Assembly: GCA_021604525.1 (NCBI GenBank)
Contig: BQJD01000007.1
Location: 9,950 to 73,949 of the forward strand
Length of the DNA: 64,000 nt
Direction of reading: 5' to 3'
From: a marine bacterium B5-7
GTDB taxonomy: Bacteria > Pseudomonadota > Gammaproteobacteria > Arenicellales > CAJQKF01
Below the pieces are notes generated by a model, which had not been told where the DNA came from, ran no database searches, and saw only the letters and a program-made list of their open reading frames with translations. A program made the translations under genes and the position numbers. Within the stretch, counting starts at the first letter, position 1; each line of letters starts with the position of its first letter. Below are positions 31,380 through 41,452 of this stretch, piece after piece.

Positions 31380-32005
31380 CAGTTAAATCCCGCCCCCAGG
31401 ATGACTCCGTTGCTTTGAGTGGAGTTTGATTCACCAGCCTGATCATAATCCAGACGAAAACTGCGAAATCCGAGACGTATGGACATAGACGGCGCAGGAT
31501 CGTAACGAAATCCGGCTTCAAACTCCTGTCCGGCGAGATTCGATCGCGTTCCGGTATCGTCGAGTTCAGGCAACCAGCTTGTTTGACCGTACAGATAAAA
31601 TACGTCGCCGAGTCCGAATCGTCCCTCGGCGGTTAAACGAAGTCCCGATGATGATTCACCATCCACCAGATCGATGGATTCCCAACCTGCGCCGAGAGCA
31701 AGATATGCCTGATCCAGTGGAGAGAAAAATCGTCGTTTGAGGTCAATGCTCAAGTGCTCGGATGACTCGTCCTCAAGCGCATCGAAAGTGGATTCGCGTC
31801 GCGCGCTTCGAATGCCCCAGTTTTTATCCCACCAGAGTTCCGCAACACCATTGATTGAGTCGCCCTCGGAATCCGCGTCCAGCATCGGATCGCTCCAGCC
31901 GGATACATGTAACTCGCCAGTAGCACCGAGTTGCGCGAAGGCAGGGGTATTCAGGGAAGCCAGCGACAGGCCGAATACGGCCGCGAGGATATAACGTGTG
32001 CGCAT
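31376..32005 (-). CDS. small outer-membrane beta-barrel protein
   Basis: The internal ATG at 32005 gives the signal peptide MRTRYILAAVFGLSLASLNTPAFAQ. Alternating amphipathic strands follow and the C-terminus reads ...GAGFNW. Confidence 0.6.
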   Translation of the reverse strand: MRTRYILAAVFGLSLASLNTPAFAQLGATGELHVSGWSDPMLDADSEGDSINGVAELWWDKNWGIRSARRESTFDALEDESSEHLSIDLKRRFFSPLDQAYLALGAGWESIDLVDGESSSGLRLTAEGRFGLGDVFYLYGQTSWLPELDDTGTRSNLAGQEFEAGFRYDPAPSMSIRLGFRSFRLDYDQAGESNSTQSNGVILGAGFNW

Positions 32006-32267
32006 GCTATCGGATGAGCTAATAGAGATTTTAGTGGACACACTGATATTCATTTCGCTGGACCATGAACCTCCTGGTTGAATATCGCTCTGGTAACTTT
32101 GCAGGTTTCATCACGATTTGTGGTCTCGGACAGGGCACCAGTTTACAGTAAACTACAGGTGTTTTCTAACTTGCCACTCGAAAATAACGACCAAATATTA
32201 ATAACGAGGGCGAAATCATAAGCCGAACATCCCATGTCACGACCACCTGCCTTGCTAAGACAACAAA

Positions 32268-32696
32268 ATGGCCGATAAATTCCACCACAAACCGGACCAT
32301 TCAACGCCTCTCGAGATCCGTATTGACCGCTGGTTGTGGGCTGCGAGATTTTTTAAAACGAGACAACTGGCGGTGACCGCCATAAAGGCCGGCAAGGTCG
32401 AACTCAACGCTCACAAGGCCAAGCCATCAAAATTGGTGAAGGTGGGTGATCGGCTGAAAATTCGTCGCGAGCGTTTCATATTCGAAGTCGACGTTCTGGC
32501 ACTGAATGACAAACGACTGGGCGCGGTGGCTGCGCAAGCGCTGTATCGTGAACAGGATATGAGCCGCGAGCGACGGGAAAAACTTATCATGGAAATGGCG
32601 GCTGAACGCAAGTCTGTCCGCTTTGCCGATGGCCGCCCCGGTAAACGCGATCGACGGGTTCTGGAACAATTCAAGCGCGAAGGATACAAGCCATGA
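32268..32696 (+). CDS. hslR: ribosome-associated heat-shock protein Hsp15 (S4 domain)
   Basis: IRIDRWLWAARFFKTRQLAVTAIKAGKVELN followed by a basic C-terminus. Confidence 0.85.
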   Translation: MADKFHHKPDHSTPLEIRIDRWLWAARFFKTRQLAVTAIKAGKVELNAHKAKPSKLVKVGDRLKIRRERFIFEVDVLALNDKRLGAVAAQALYREQDMSRERREKLIMEMAAERKSVRFADGRPGKRDRRVLEQFKREGYKP

Positions 32697-33658
32697 GTTA
32701 CGACGAACGTGCCGTTTTTCTCGATCGCGACAGCGTTGATCGCAACGACCTCGACTGCCGGGCGTTCGCCGAGGAGCTGCCTGGCCTTGAATCATTCGGC
32801 GCCACTTCACCCGCAGATACGATCGAGCGGGTCGGCGACGCGCGTATCGTTATCACCAACAAAGTCAGGGTCGACGCCAACGTCCTTGCACACTGTTCAC
32901 AGGTCGAACTGATCGTCATCGCCGCCACCGGCGCCAATAACATCGATCTCGAAGCCACCGCTGCACGAGGGATCACCGTGTGTAATGCGCGTAACTATGC
33001 AACCAGCAGTCTCGCCCAGCACGTGTTTGCATTGATACTATCGTTGTCGCGAAACCTGCCGGCTTATGTGGATGCGACAAGAGCCGGTCGCTGGAATCAA
33101 AGCCCTTTCTTTTGTCTTCTCGATCACCCTATTGCCGACCTGACAGACCAGACGTTGGGAATCATCGGTCATGGAGTTCTTGGTAGCGCAGTAGCCGAAC
33201 TCGGCAAAGCCTTTTGCATGAATGTCTTGATCAGCGAGCATCGTGACCGGCAGCCACGTCAAGGTCGTGTCGCATTTGAAGAGTTGCTTCAGCAAAGCGA
33301 CGTGATCAGCCTGCATTGCCCGCTCACTCCGGAGACCACTCACCTGATTGGCGCAGCCGAGTTACGCGCGATGAAATCCCATGCCATCCTGATTAATACC
33401 GCACGTGGTGGAATCGTCGACGAGAAGGCCTTGCTGGATGCACTTGTAGATGGAGAAATTGGCGCTGCCGGTATTGATGTTCTGGAGACAGAGCCACCTG
33501 ACGGCAGCAGCCCACTACTAACGGTATCCCGATCCGATCTTCTCATCACGCCACACAACGCCTGGGCGAGCCGGCGCGCGCGGCAGGCCCTTATCGACCA
33601 GATGACCGAAATTATCGCTGCCTGGCGCAGTGGCCAACCTATCAATACAGTGACATAA
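32693..33658 (+). CDS. D-isomer-specific 2-hydroxyacid (glycerate-type) dehydrogenase
   Basis: 321 aa; GIIGHGVLGSAV (GxGxxG), INTARGGIVDE, TPHNAWAS. Confidence 0.85.
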   Translation: MSYDERAVFLDRDSVDRNDLDCRAFAEELPGLESFGATSPADTIERVGDARIVITNKVRVDANVLAHCSQVELIVIAATGANNIDLEATAARGITVCNARNYATSSLAQHVFALILSLSRNLPAYVDATRAGRWNQSPFFCLLDHPIADLTDQTLGIIGHGVLGSAVAELGKAFCMNVLISEHRDRQPRQGRVAFEELLQQSDVISLHCPLTPETTHLIGAAELRAMKSHAILINTARGGIVDEKALLDALVDGEIGAAGIDVLETEPPDGSSPLLTVSRSDLLITPHNAWASRRARQALIDQMTEIIAAWRSGQPINTVT

Positions 33659-33664
33659 ATCATC

Positions 33665-34864
33665 GTGACAAATAGCCACACGGATGTTCCACTCGCCCTT
33701 TACGTACACTTTCCGTGGTGCGTGAAGAAGTGCCCTTACTGTGATTTCAATTCTCACGCGGTACGCGACAATATCCCGGAGTTGGCCTACCTTGAAAAGC
33801 TGCTAGGTGACCTTGATAGCGAACTTGAAGATACACCCGGGCGCATAATTCAAAGCGTATTTATCGGTGGTGGTACACCCAGCCTGATCTCGCCATCGAC
33901 GATCGCTGCATTACTTGCACATCTCAAGGAGGCGGGTCGCTTATCTACCGAATCCGAAATCACCCTTGAAGCCAACCCCGGCGCCAGTGACAGTGCGCGT
34001 TTTCTTGGCTACCGCGCGGCCGGTGTCAATCGGTTGTCAATTGGCGTGCAAAGCTTCAATGATCGATCATTAAAACATATTGGACGTATTCATGACGGCA
34101 ACCAAAGCCGTGATGCCATACGTGCGGCTCGCTCAGCCGGCTTCGAGAATATCAATATCGACTTGATGTTTGCCTTGCCTGAACAAAGCGAAAGAGATGC
34201 GCTTGCTGACGTAGATATCGCACTAACATTCGCCCCCGAACATCTGTCCTACTACCAACTCACGCTGGAACCCAACACCGCGTTTCATAACGACCCGCCT
34301 GAATTGCCCGATGAAGATACCGCCGAGGTAATGCATCAAAGCGCTATTGAGCGCATCAACCAGGCCGGCCTGACTCGTTATGAGGTCTCGGCATTCGCGC
34401 TTAAAGGACGACAGAGTCGACATAATCGCAACTACTGGGAGTTTGGCGACTATCTCGGGGTAGGCGCCGGCGCCCATGGCAAGGTCACCTCGACCGATGG
34501 CGTCACGCGTTACTCAAAGCCCCGCCACCCCAAAGCGTATCTTGATCCCCAAACCGTCTTCCGATGCCATGTTACGAAGCCAACGGGTGATGATCTGTTA
34601 TTCGAATTCATGTTGAATGCCCTGCGTCTGACCGATGGTTTCGACCGGGACCTGTTCGGGATGCGTACCGGCTTAAGCCCCACCCGGCTGGCAGAGCAAA
34701 TCAAGCCGTTGATTAATGAAGGCCTGTTACGCGATGATAGCGAACGGTTGTGCGCCACTGAATCGGGTCTTCGTTATCTTAATAATGTGCTGGAACGCCT
34801 GCTACCGAATACATCCATAAACACAACATATCTTCCTCATGAACGACCTGACGCTTTACTATAA
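33665..34864 (+). CDS. hemW: radical SAM heme chaperone HemW (HemN-like)
   Basis: LYVHFPWCVKKCPYCDFNS carries the CxxxCxxC motif; 399 aa. Confidence 0.9.
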   Translation: MTNSHTDVPLALYVHFPWCVKKCPYCDFNSHAVRDNIPELAYLEKLLGDLDSELEDTPGRIIQSVFIGGGTPSLISPSTIAALLAHLKEAGRLSTESEITLEANPGASDSARFLGYRAAGVNRLSIGVQSFNDRSLKHIGRIHDGNQSRDAIRAARSAGFENINIDLMFALPEQSERDALADVDIALTFAPEHLSYYQLTLEPNTAFHNDPPELPDEDTAEVMHQSAIERINQAGLTRYEVSAFALKGRQSRHNRNYWEFGDYLGVGAGAHGKVTSTDGVTRYSKPRHPKAYLDPQTVFRCHVTKPTGDDLLFEFMLNALRLTDGFDRDLFGMRTGLSPTRLAEQIKPLINEGLLRDDSERLCATESGLRYLNNVLERLLPNTSINTTYLPHERPDALL

Positions 34865-35537
34865 CCCCACCCCGAACGGCCACAAGCCGGTACTGTTACT
34901 CGAAGAACTCGGGGTCGGTTACGACATTCATTACATCGATATCCAGCGCGGCGACCAGTTCAGCAAGACGTTCGATGTAATCTCGCCCAACAACCGTATA
35001 CCAGCGCTTGTAGATCACGCGCCGAATGATGGTATTGACGCGCCCGTGAGCGTATTCGAGTCCGGCGCGATACTTTATTACCTCGCCGACAAGCATGGGC
35101 AGTTTCTGCCTCTCGACCGACGCGCGCGAATCGAAGTCATGCAATGGCTGTTCTGGCAGGTGAGTGGGCTCGGACCCATGGCGGGTCAGGCGCATCACTT
35201 CATTCACTATGCACCGGAAAATATCGAGTACGCTAGCCAGCGCTATGTCATGGAATGCGCCCGGCTATACAGCGTCATCGACAAACGGCTGGTACAAAGC
35301 GCCTACCTGGCCGATGAATACTCCATTGCTGACATGGCATGCTGGAGCTGGGTGATGCGTCATCATCGTCACCAACAGGATCTTGCAGATTATCCCAATG
35401 TGAAGCGTTGGTACGATACCCTGGAACAACGGCCGGCAGTTGCCAGGACACGACAAATTGCCGAAGGTTACGCTGGCGTAGCGAGCGAGGTAAGCGACGA
35501 GGTTCGCCAGGTGCTGTTCACGCCGGTCAAGAAGTAG
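34839..35537 (+). CDS. glutathione S-transferase (Nu-class, YfcG/YghU-like)
   Basis: TPNGHKPVLLLEELGV...ISPNNRIPALVDH...SVFESGAILYYLA. Overlaps the hemW 3' end by 26 nt. Confidence 0.8.
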   Translation: MNDLTLYYNPTPNGHKPVLLLEELGVGYDIHYIDIQRGDQFSKTFDVISPNNRIPALVDHAPNDGIDAPVSVFESGAILYYLADKHGQFLPLDRRARIEVMQWLFWQVSGLGPMAGQAHHFIHYAPENIEYASQRYVMECARLYSVIDKRLVQSAYLADEYSIADMACWSWVMRHHRHQQDLADYPNVKRWYDTLEQRPAVARTRQIAEGYAGVASEVSDEVRQVLFTPVKK

Positions 35538-35596
35538 TCGTAGAAAATAACCGGGCGAATTAGCGGTTGTGGGCCACTGAGCCAATCATGGCATGA

Positions 35597-36028
35597 TCAA
35601 TCGATCCGCCGACCGAGGCTCAGTCGCTCCTCGATCTCGAAGCCGAGATTGCGATAAAAATTGACTACCGTTTCGTTGCCCGATCGCACCTGCAAATTAA
35701 CTTTCGGACAGCCCAACTGGCGTAGATCGTCGATTGCCCGCTCAACCAACGCCTGACCGAGTCCGCGACCCTGAAGGGAAGGATCGACTGCAACACCATA
35801 AAGCCAGCCACGATGACCGTCATAACCCACCATGACACTGCCAATGATTGATTTACCGCGAGTCAATACCAGCAACAAATCATCATTCATGGCGAGCTTG
35901 GCATCGATTACCTTATCGGGGTTGTTATGAATGGGCCCATCAGGAAAGACCTTTTGCCATAAGCTAACCAGCCTCGACCGATCACCCGATTCATAGGATC
36001 GAATAGTAAAGCCTTCCAGAAGCGCCAT
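35597..36028 (-). CDS. ypeA: GNAT acetyltransferase YpeA-like
   Basis: VGYDGHRGWLYGVAVDP...GRGLGQALV...GCPKVNLQV...SLGRRI parallels E. coli YpeA. Confidence 0.8.
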   Translation of the reverse strand: MALLEGFTIRSYESGDRSRLVSLWQKVFPDGPIHNNPDKVIDAKLAMNDDLLLVLTRGKSIIGSVMVGYDGHRGWLYGVAVDPSLQGRGLGQALVERAIDDLRQLGCPKVNLQVRSGNETVVNFYRNLGFEIEERLSLGRRID

Positions 36029-36200
36029 TAAAAATGCCCTGCCATGAAGCGGATAAGACTTGAGTCCATCATCCGGTTAACAACAGGGCATTTGATCGCA
36101 AATTCTGAACCGATCACAATGTAGCCACCCTGCGAATTCGTGCATTAAACACAGGGTGGACCAGAACACAGATCGTCATCTGCCAACTTGACTTAAATGG

Positions 36201-36785
36201 TTAGCCGGCAAGATTTTGGGCGACGAAGTCCCAGTTGATCAATTTCCAGATTGCACCGAGATAGTCCGGCCGGGCGTTGCGATAGTCGATGTAGTAGGCA
36301 TGCTCCCACACGTCCACGGTCAGAAGCGGTGTGTCATCGCTGGTGAGCGGCGTAGCGGCATTGGATGTATTTACAATCTCGAGACTGCCGCCTGCCTTTT
36401 TAACCAGCCAGGTCCAGCCGGAACCGAAGTTATTTGCCGCCGAGGTGGAAAACTTCTCCTTGAATTGATCGAAGTCCCCGAAGGACGAATTGATTGCATC
36501 GGCAAGGGCGCCTTGCGGTGCATTGTCGTCTGCCGGTGCGCGCAGGCAGTTCCAGTAAAATGTGTGATTCCAGATTTGCGCGGCATTGTTGAACACCCCG
36601 CCATCGGATTTACGAACAATGTCTTCGAGATCCATATTCTCGAATTCAGTGCCAGGTATAGCGCCGTTCAACTTGGTGACATAGGTCTGGTGATGCTTGC
36701 CGTAGTGATAATCGATGGTTTCAGCAGAAATCACTGGTTCCAGGGCGTTCTTTGCAAACGGAAGTGGGGGTAGCTCATGCGCCAT
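36201..36785 (-). CDS. sodB: iron superoxide dismutase
   Basis: 194 aa; [46 protein letters not shown]. Confidence 0.96.
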   Translation of the reverse strand: MAHELPPLPFAKNALEPVISAETIDYHYGKHHQTYVTKLNGAIPGTEFENMDLEDIVRKSDGGVFNNAAQIWNHTFYWNCLRAPADDNAPQGALADAINSSFGDFDQFKEKFSTSAANNFGSGWTWLVKKAGGSLEIVNTSNAATPLTSDDTPLLTVDVWEHAYYIDYRNARPDYLGAIWKLINWDFVAQNLAG

Positions 36786-36896
36786 TTCTGGTATCTCCGA
36801 TGTGGGTTTAAAATGTAAAAGTGGGGCGAGATCAGGATGAAATCAAGCCCTTGGCCATCGCCGAAACGCGACCTCGGCGCTGGTGACAAACCATGC

Positions 36897-38099
36897 TCAG
36901 TAGCCGGTCAACTCCATGTATCCCTGCCCATGAACTGCTGCATTGTCCACATGCCCAGCGACATTAACAACCCCCTCCCAATATCGAAAATCGAGAAGCA
37001 ATTCCTGATTGTCGTAAGCCGCTTGAACTTCGACTTCAAGATTGGCATCGGCGATCCCGATCCGCCAGCCGAGTGGATAGCTTGCATGGGTATCGCGGCT
37101 GGTCCACAGACGCGTCGGCTGGATTTGTATGGCATCGCCTTCAAATTGACGCGATTGGCCGTCAGCGTCGATGTAGTACGCATAGCTGAAGTGATTGTTG
37201 TTGTCGGCGCCGCGCACCCGGAACATCATCAGGCGTGTGCCGTTATCGAGTCGCAATGCAAACCAGTCCCAGCCGGTTTGTTCCTTGTCGATAACCGAAG
37301 TCGACCACTCGTGATCCATCCACACTTTGCCGCTGACATCGAAAGTCTCATCATCAATGCGTATCTCACCGTCCGCCTGTAAATCAGGGTAGCTGTAATA
37401 ATAGGATGCGAGCTCGCCGTCGCTGCTCTTGACGCTATAACCTTGATCGCCCTGCAACAGCGGTGCATCGGCAGTAACTGCGCGAATATCAATTGAGACG
37501 TTATCCACCTTGCCATGAAGCCTGACATCAAACCGACCGTCATCCGTACTGTCGCTGCGTGCCGACCAGCCGTTGACCCAGACTGCAAAAGGCCTTGGCG
37601 TCGCACCTGCCAACCCCAGGGTTCCACGAGCGTAATCTTCGAATGCAAACAAATGTTCATTTTGTATATCGCTGATCGCAAAGTGCGCCATGTAACTTTG
37701 CCGGTGGCTCCAACTGGAATCCCGGTAGACGTCGAAGACACCGTGGGCAAACCGAAAAAAGGTTAACTGCACACCGAACTGCCTGCCATCGGCCGTATTG
37801 AGATTGCCGGTGAAGTACCACCATTCCTGCCGAAACCGAGGGTGTGCACCGTGATCATCGGGGAACACCAATGGCACACCGGGACGCACGTCGGCGAAGG
37901 TGTTCATGGCCTTCGAACTCAACAATCCGATCACGGTATTCTGGCCGCGCGATGATGACGACCCCGGGACATTCGCAGACCGGCTCATCTGACCGGCGAT
38001 ATAAAAACACATCGTCACCGCTACCAGGGACAGAGCAATCGTTATATAAGCCCATATCCTTCTTCGCGATCGGTCACTCATTGCGCAGGCCACCGGCAA
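36897..38099 (-). CDS. membrane-anchored lipocalin-like / CrtC-AttH family protein
   Basis: N-terminal TM helix, then FPDDHGAHPRFRQEWWYFTGNL...GVQLTFFRF, typical of the AttH/CrtC N-terminal lipocalin-like domain. Its start (38099 or 38081) overlaps the permease stop. Confidence 0.7.
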   Translation of the reverse strand: MPVACAMSDRSRRRIWAYITIALSLVAVTMCFYIAGQMSRSANVPGSSSSRGQNTVIGLLSSKAMNTFADVRPGVPLVFPDDHGAHPRFRQEWWYFTGNLNTADGRQFGVQLTFFRFAHGVFDVYRDSSWSHRQSYMAHFAISDIQNEHLFAFEDYARGTLGLAGATPRPFAVWVNGWSARSDSTDDGRFDVRLHGKVDNVSIDIRAVTADAPLLQGDQGYSVKSSDGELASYYYSYPDLQADGEIRIDDETFDVSGKVWMDHEWSTSVIDKEQTGWDWFALRLDNGTRLMMFRVRGADNNNHFSYAYYIDADGQSRQFEGDAIQIQPTRLWTSRDTHASYPLGWRIGIADANLEVEVQAAYDNQELLLDFRYWEGVVNVAGHVDNAAVHGQGYMELTGY

Positions 38100-40602
38100 T
38101 ACTCGAACGGGCCAGGCGCAACGCAGGATAAAGACCGGCTACCAGTGCGGCTGTCAGCGACAATAAAACAGAACCCATGACCATTGCCGGGTCAATGATG
38201 GTTTGCATCGACCAGCCAAAGGAACGCAGGTTGATAACGTGTATCAATAGCAAGCACAAGGCGAGCCCCATGGGTATTGCGAGTAGCCCGGCGGCGAGGC
38301 CGGTTAGCCCGGTTTCCATGAGCATTTGCACGAATAACTGCATGCGGGTAAAGCCGGTGGCGCGTAGTGTAGCGAATTCCCGGGCGCGCTCGAGCATCAA
38401 CGCCATCAGCGCGGAGATAATACCGGTCACCGCCACGACGATCGCAAGCAGCCTGAGTATTCCGGTTACCTTGAATGTCTGATCGAATATCTCAAGGGAT
38501 GTATCACGCAATGTGCGATTGGAACGTACATACAAGGCACCGTCAGTATTGATGGTTTGTTCAATTTCTTTAAGTGTATTTGTTACCGCCGCATCGCCAT
38601 CTTCGAGGTATAGCGCGGCAGCAGAGTAATTAACCGGCGCATTGAACAATCGTTGAAAGGTTGCCGGTGACAGGCTCATGACACCACGATCGGTTGAATA
38701 ATCAAAGTACACTGCAGCGATGGTCAATTCCTGGCGCCCATTGTGGCTATCGATGGCAAACGAATCGCCAGGTGACAGATTAAAACGGTTGGCAAATGCT
38801 TCCGAGACCATGACTTCACCAGAGTTTGAGAAACGCTGCCATAAGTCATTTCCTTGTGCCGACTTGATAACGAATCCTTCGAAGCCGTTGCGCGTGGTAT
38901 TCAAGGCAAACAGGTTCAGGGGACCGTGTATGGAGTCTTCGAGCACGAAACGTCGCCCAAGGCTCATTGCGAGAACCCCATCCATCGCAGCTAGAGTATC
39001 AATCGTCGACTTCGATAGTGATGCCGATGAATCTCTGGCGCCACTGATATAAATGTCGGCACGCAGATAACTGTTAAGCCAGGTATCGACACTGGTCCTG
39101 AAGCTGTCGATCATCAGGCCGACGCCCAGGGTTGCGGCGACTGCCACCGCAAGCGCAGCGGTGGCAATACCGGTTCGACTTAAGTGTCCGACGAGATTGC
39201 GAACCGCCATCAATAAAATCACTGAACCTGTTGCCGCAGCCAGTGGTGTTAGTAGCCGGGCCAGGCCACGAACACCAATTGGCGCGAGCGCGGCCGAGCC
39301 GATGATGATAAGAAACAGCGCCACAAACGCAGTGATCAACGAGCGATCACTCAGCACGATTAATAACGTGGCGATCAAAATGGACAAAAGGGCAACGCCT
39401 GCCCATATTTTCGAATGGGATGCCGCCACTTCCTGATAAGAACGCACGGTGAGCGCTCGCGGTGGCGTATTGCGTGCCTCGAAGCCCGGCACCGCCGCCG
39501 CCAGCAGGGTCGCGCCAAAACCCAGTGCAGCCGATTTCAACAGGGTAAACGGTTCGACCCGGGCCGAACCACCAGCGAGATGGAAATACAGGTTATCAAT
39601 GGTGCCGGTCACCATCGCATAAAGGAAATCAGACAGGGCGATACCCAGTAACAGGCCGACAGCAATGCCGATGACCGCAAGCACCGCGGCCTCGCCTAAC
39701 AGGTAAACAAATAACTGTCCTCGAGTAACCCCAATGCTTCTCATCAAGCCAAATAGGGGGCGACGACGAACCACCTGGAAGCTAACGGTGTTGTAGATCA
39801 GAAACAGACCGATGGTCAGTGCCAGTAACGCCAGCGCACTTAAGTTGATACGAAAGGCCCGTGTCATCTCAAGACGTGCACGATCGCGACTCCCGGTCGA
39901 GATAAGTTGCACCTCGGGTGGCAGGGTCTCTCTTAAGGTTTTGATGCGGGTCTCATCATCGAGTTTGAGATCGATATAGCTCAATCGACCCGATAAATCG
40001 AAAAACACCTGGGCTGCGGCGATATCGGTAATCACCACATCGCCTGGCAATACATCTTTGGCGCCGGCTTCAATTAACCCTGCAACGGTGAACAAACGTT
40101 TGTGCGCGCCGTTGACCAAAGTGATGACATCACCCACCGCGATGTCTTCACTCTTCGCCAGTGATGCAGGCACGAACAACGGAAAAGGTTTCGTCTCCAT
40201 ACCGTCATTGTTCAGCGTGAAGCCACGTAGCCGATAATCAGATAGCGGATCGATACCCAGCAAAGTCAGTTGCCTGTCAGCGGACATCACCGGTCCGCGA
40301 ATCACCGGTGCGGCATTGAAAATACCAAGATCAACCTTGATCAACGTGTACAGGGATTCGTCGATACCGCGCACTGGCAAATCGTTATTATTCTGCTCGG
40401 TCGATACTGCAACACTGGAAATTCGATGGGTTGCAATGCCGTTGATTGCCGATGTGGCTTCAAGGTAAGCACGCTCGGCATTATGGTTGGCAAGATCGAC
40501 AGCGACGACCACGGCAACGCCGATTGCGATACCAACGATGTTCAAACCGATCTGCCAGGGGTGTCGTCGCCATTCCCGCAAGATTGCCAATAATGCCAGC
40601 AT
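38074..40602 (-). CDS. ABC transporter permease with two FtsX/MacB-type 4-TM modules (YbbP/AttFG type)
   Basis: 842 aa with two hydrophobic FtsX-like blocks, each preceded by a large extracytoplasmic domain. Confidence 0.85.
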   Translation of the reverse strand: MLALLAILREWRRHPWQIGLNIVGIAIGVAVVVAVDLANHNAERAYLEATSAINGIATHRISSVAVSTEQNNNDLPVRGIDESLYTLIKVDLGIFNAAPVIRGPVMSADRQLTLLGIDPLSDYRLRGFTLNNDGMETKPFPLFVPASLAKSEDIAVGDVITLVNGAHKRLFTVAGLIEAGAKDVLPGDVVITDIAAAQVFFDLSGRLSYIDLKLDDETRIKTLRETLPPEVQLISTGSRDRARLEMTRAFRINLSALALLALTIGLFLIYNTVSFQVVRRRPLFGLMRSIGVTRGQLFVYLLGEAAVLAVIGIAVGLLLGIALSDFLYAMVTGTIDNLYFHLAGGSARVEPFTLLKSAALGFGATLLAAAVPGFEARNTPPRALTVRSYQEVAASHSKIWAGVALLSILIATLLIVLSDRSLITAFVALFLIIIGSAALAPIGVRGLARLLTPLAAATGSVILLMAVRNLVGHLSRTGIATAALAVAVAATLGVGLMIDSFRTSVDTWLNSYLRADIYISGARDSSASLSKSTIDTLAAMDGVLAMSLGRRFVLEDSIHGPLNLFALNTTRNGFEGFVIKSAQGNDLWQRFSNSGEVMVSEAFANRFNLSPGDSFAIDSHNGRQELTIAAVYFDYSTDRGVMSLSPATFQRLFNAPVNYSAAALYLEDGDAAVTNTLKEIEQTINTDGALYVRSNRTLRDTSLEIFDQTFKVTGILRLLAIVVAVTGIISALMALMLERAREFATLRATGFTRMQLFVQMLMETGLTGLAAGLLAIPMGLALCLLLIHVINLRSFGWSMQTIIDPAMVMGSVLLSLTAALVAGLYPALRLARSSIAGGLRNE

Positions 40603-40604
40603 GT

Positions 40605-41306
40605 TCAGCCGGACAATCGTCCGCCACGAAGCAGCAGACGGCGATCGGCACGCGCCGCCGCACTTTCGGCGTGGGTCACCATCAGCACCGTCGTCCCTTC
40701 ACGAGCCGCGTCGGTAATCAGGGCCATGACGCCTTCGCCGGTTTTCTCATCGAGATTACCGGTCGGTTCATCGGCAAGAATGACCGAGGGTCGATGAATC
40801 ATCGCCCGAGCTACGCCGACTCGCTGCTGTTCACCGCCCGATAACACATCCGGAAAACTATCGGCTCGATCTGGCAGCTCAAGTTTTGACAGTAATTCGT
40901 CTACTCTGTTGCCATCGCGCTGCTTTAACAAGTGCAGCGGCAAGAGCAGGTTTTCGCGTACCGTCAAAGTGGGAATCAAGTTGAAGAACTGAAATACGAT
41001 ACCGATATGAGAACGTCTGAAGTGCGTCGAGGCGGGTTCGCCAATGGATGATAGTTCAACGTCGGCTACCTGTACCTGACCGCGATCCACCGGCTCGATG
41101 GCCGCTATCACATTCAGCAACGTTGATTTACCACTACCGCTCGGACCTTCAATAGCCACGAATTCTCCCGAGGCGACATCAAGGTCGATTGATTCAAGTA
41201 CGCAACGCGACCCACCCGCTTCCATATAAGCCTTCGACACTCCGCGAAGGCATATTGAACCAGTGTCGGTTGTGATCGCCTTTGTCCGGCCGGCAGATGC
41301 ACTCAC
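40605..41306 (-). CDS. ABC transporter ATP-binding protein (YbbA/LolD/MacB-NBD type)
   Basis: Walker A GPSGSGKST, signature LSGGEQQR, Walker B ILADEPT. Ends 2 nt before the permease start. Confidence 0.92.
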   Translation of the reverse strand: MSASAGRTKAITTDTGSICLRGVSKAYMEAGGSRCVLESIDLDVASGEFVAIEGPSGSGKSTLLNVIAAIEPVDRGQVQVADVELSSIGEPASTHFRRSHIGIVFQFFNLIPTLTVRENLLLPLHLLKQRDGNRVDELLSKLELPDRADSFPDVLSGGEQQRVGVARAMIHRPSVILADEPTGNLDEKTGEGVMALITDAAREGTTVLMVTHAESAAARADRRLLLRGGRLSG

Positions 41307-41452
41307 GGTGTAATGAATAAACTCATAATCAAGTAAATCAGGATTTGTGTGATTGTCGATGCAGTGAATTCATCGGCAGCGCATAACTACTGCAACCAAT
41401 CCAACGACGTCGGCACCGTGTCAATATATAATCGCCCGAAAGCGCGAACACA

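Noticed and set aside
36216-36773. 185-aa ORF antisense to sodB
   Set aside because: It is a shadow ORF of a certain gene.
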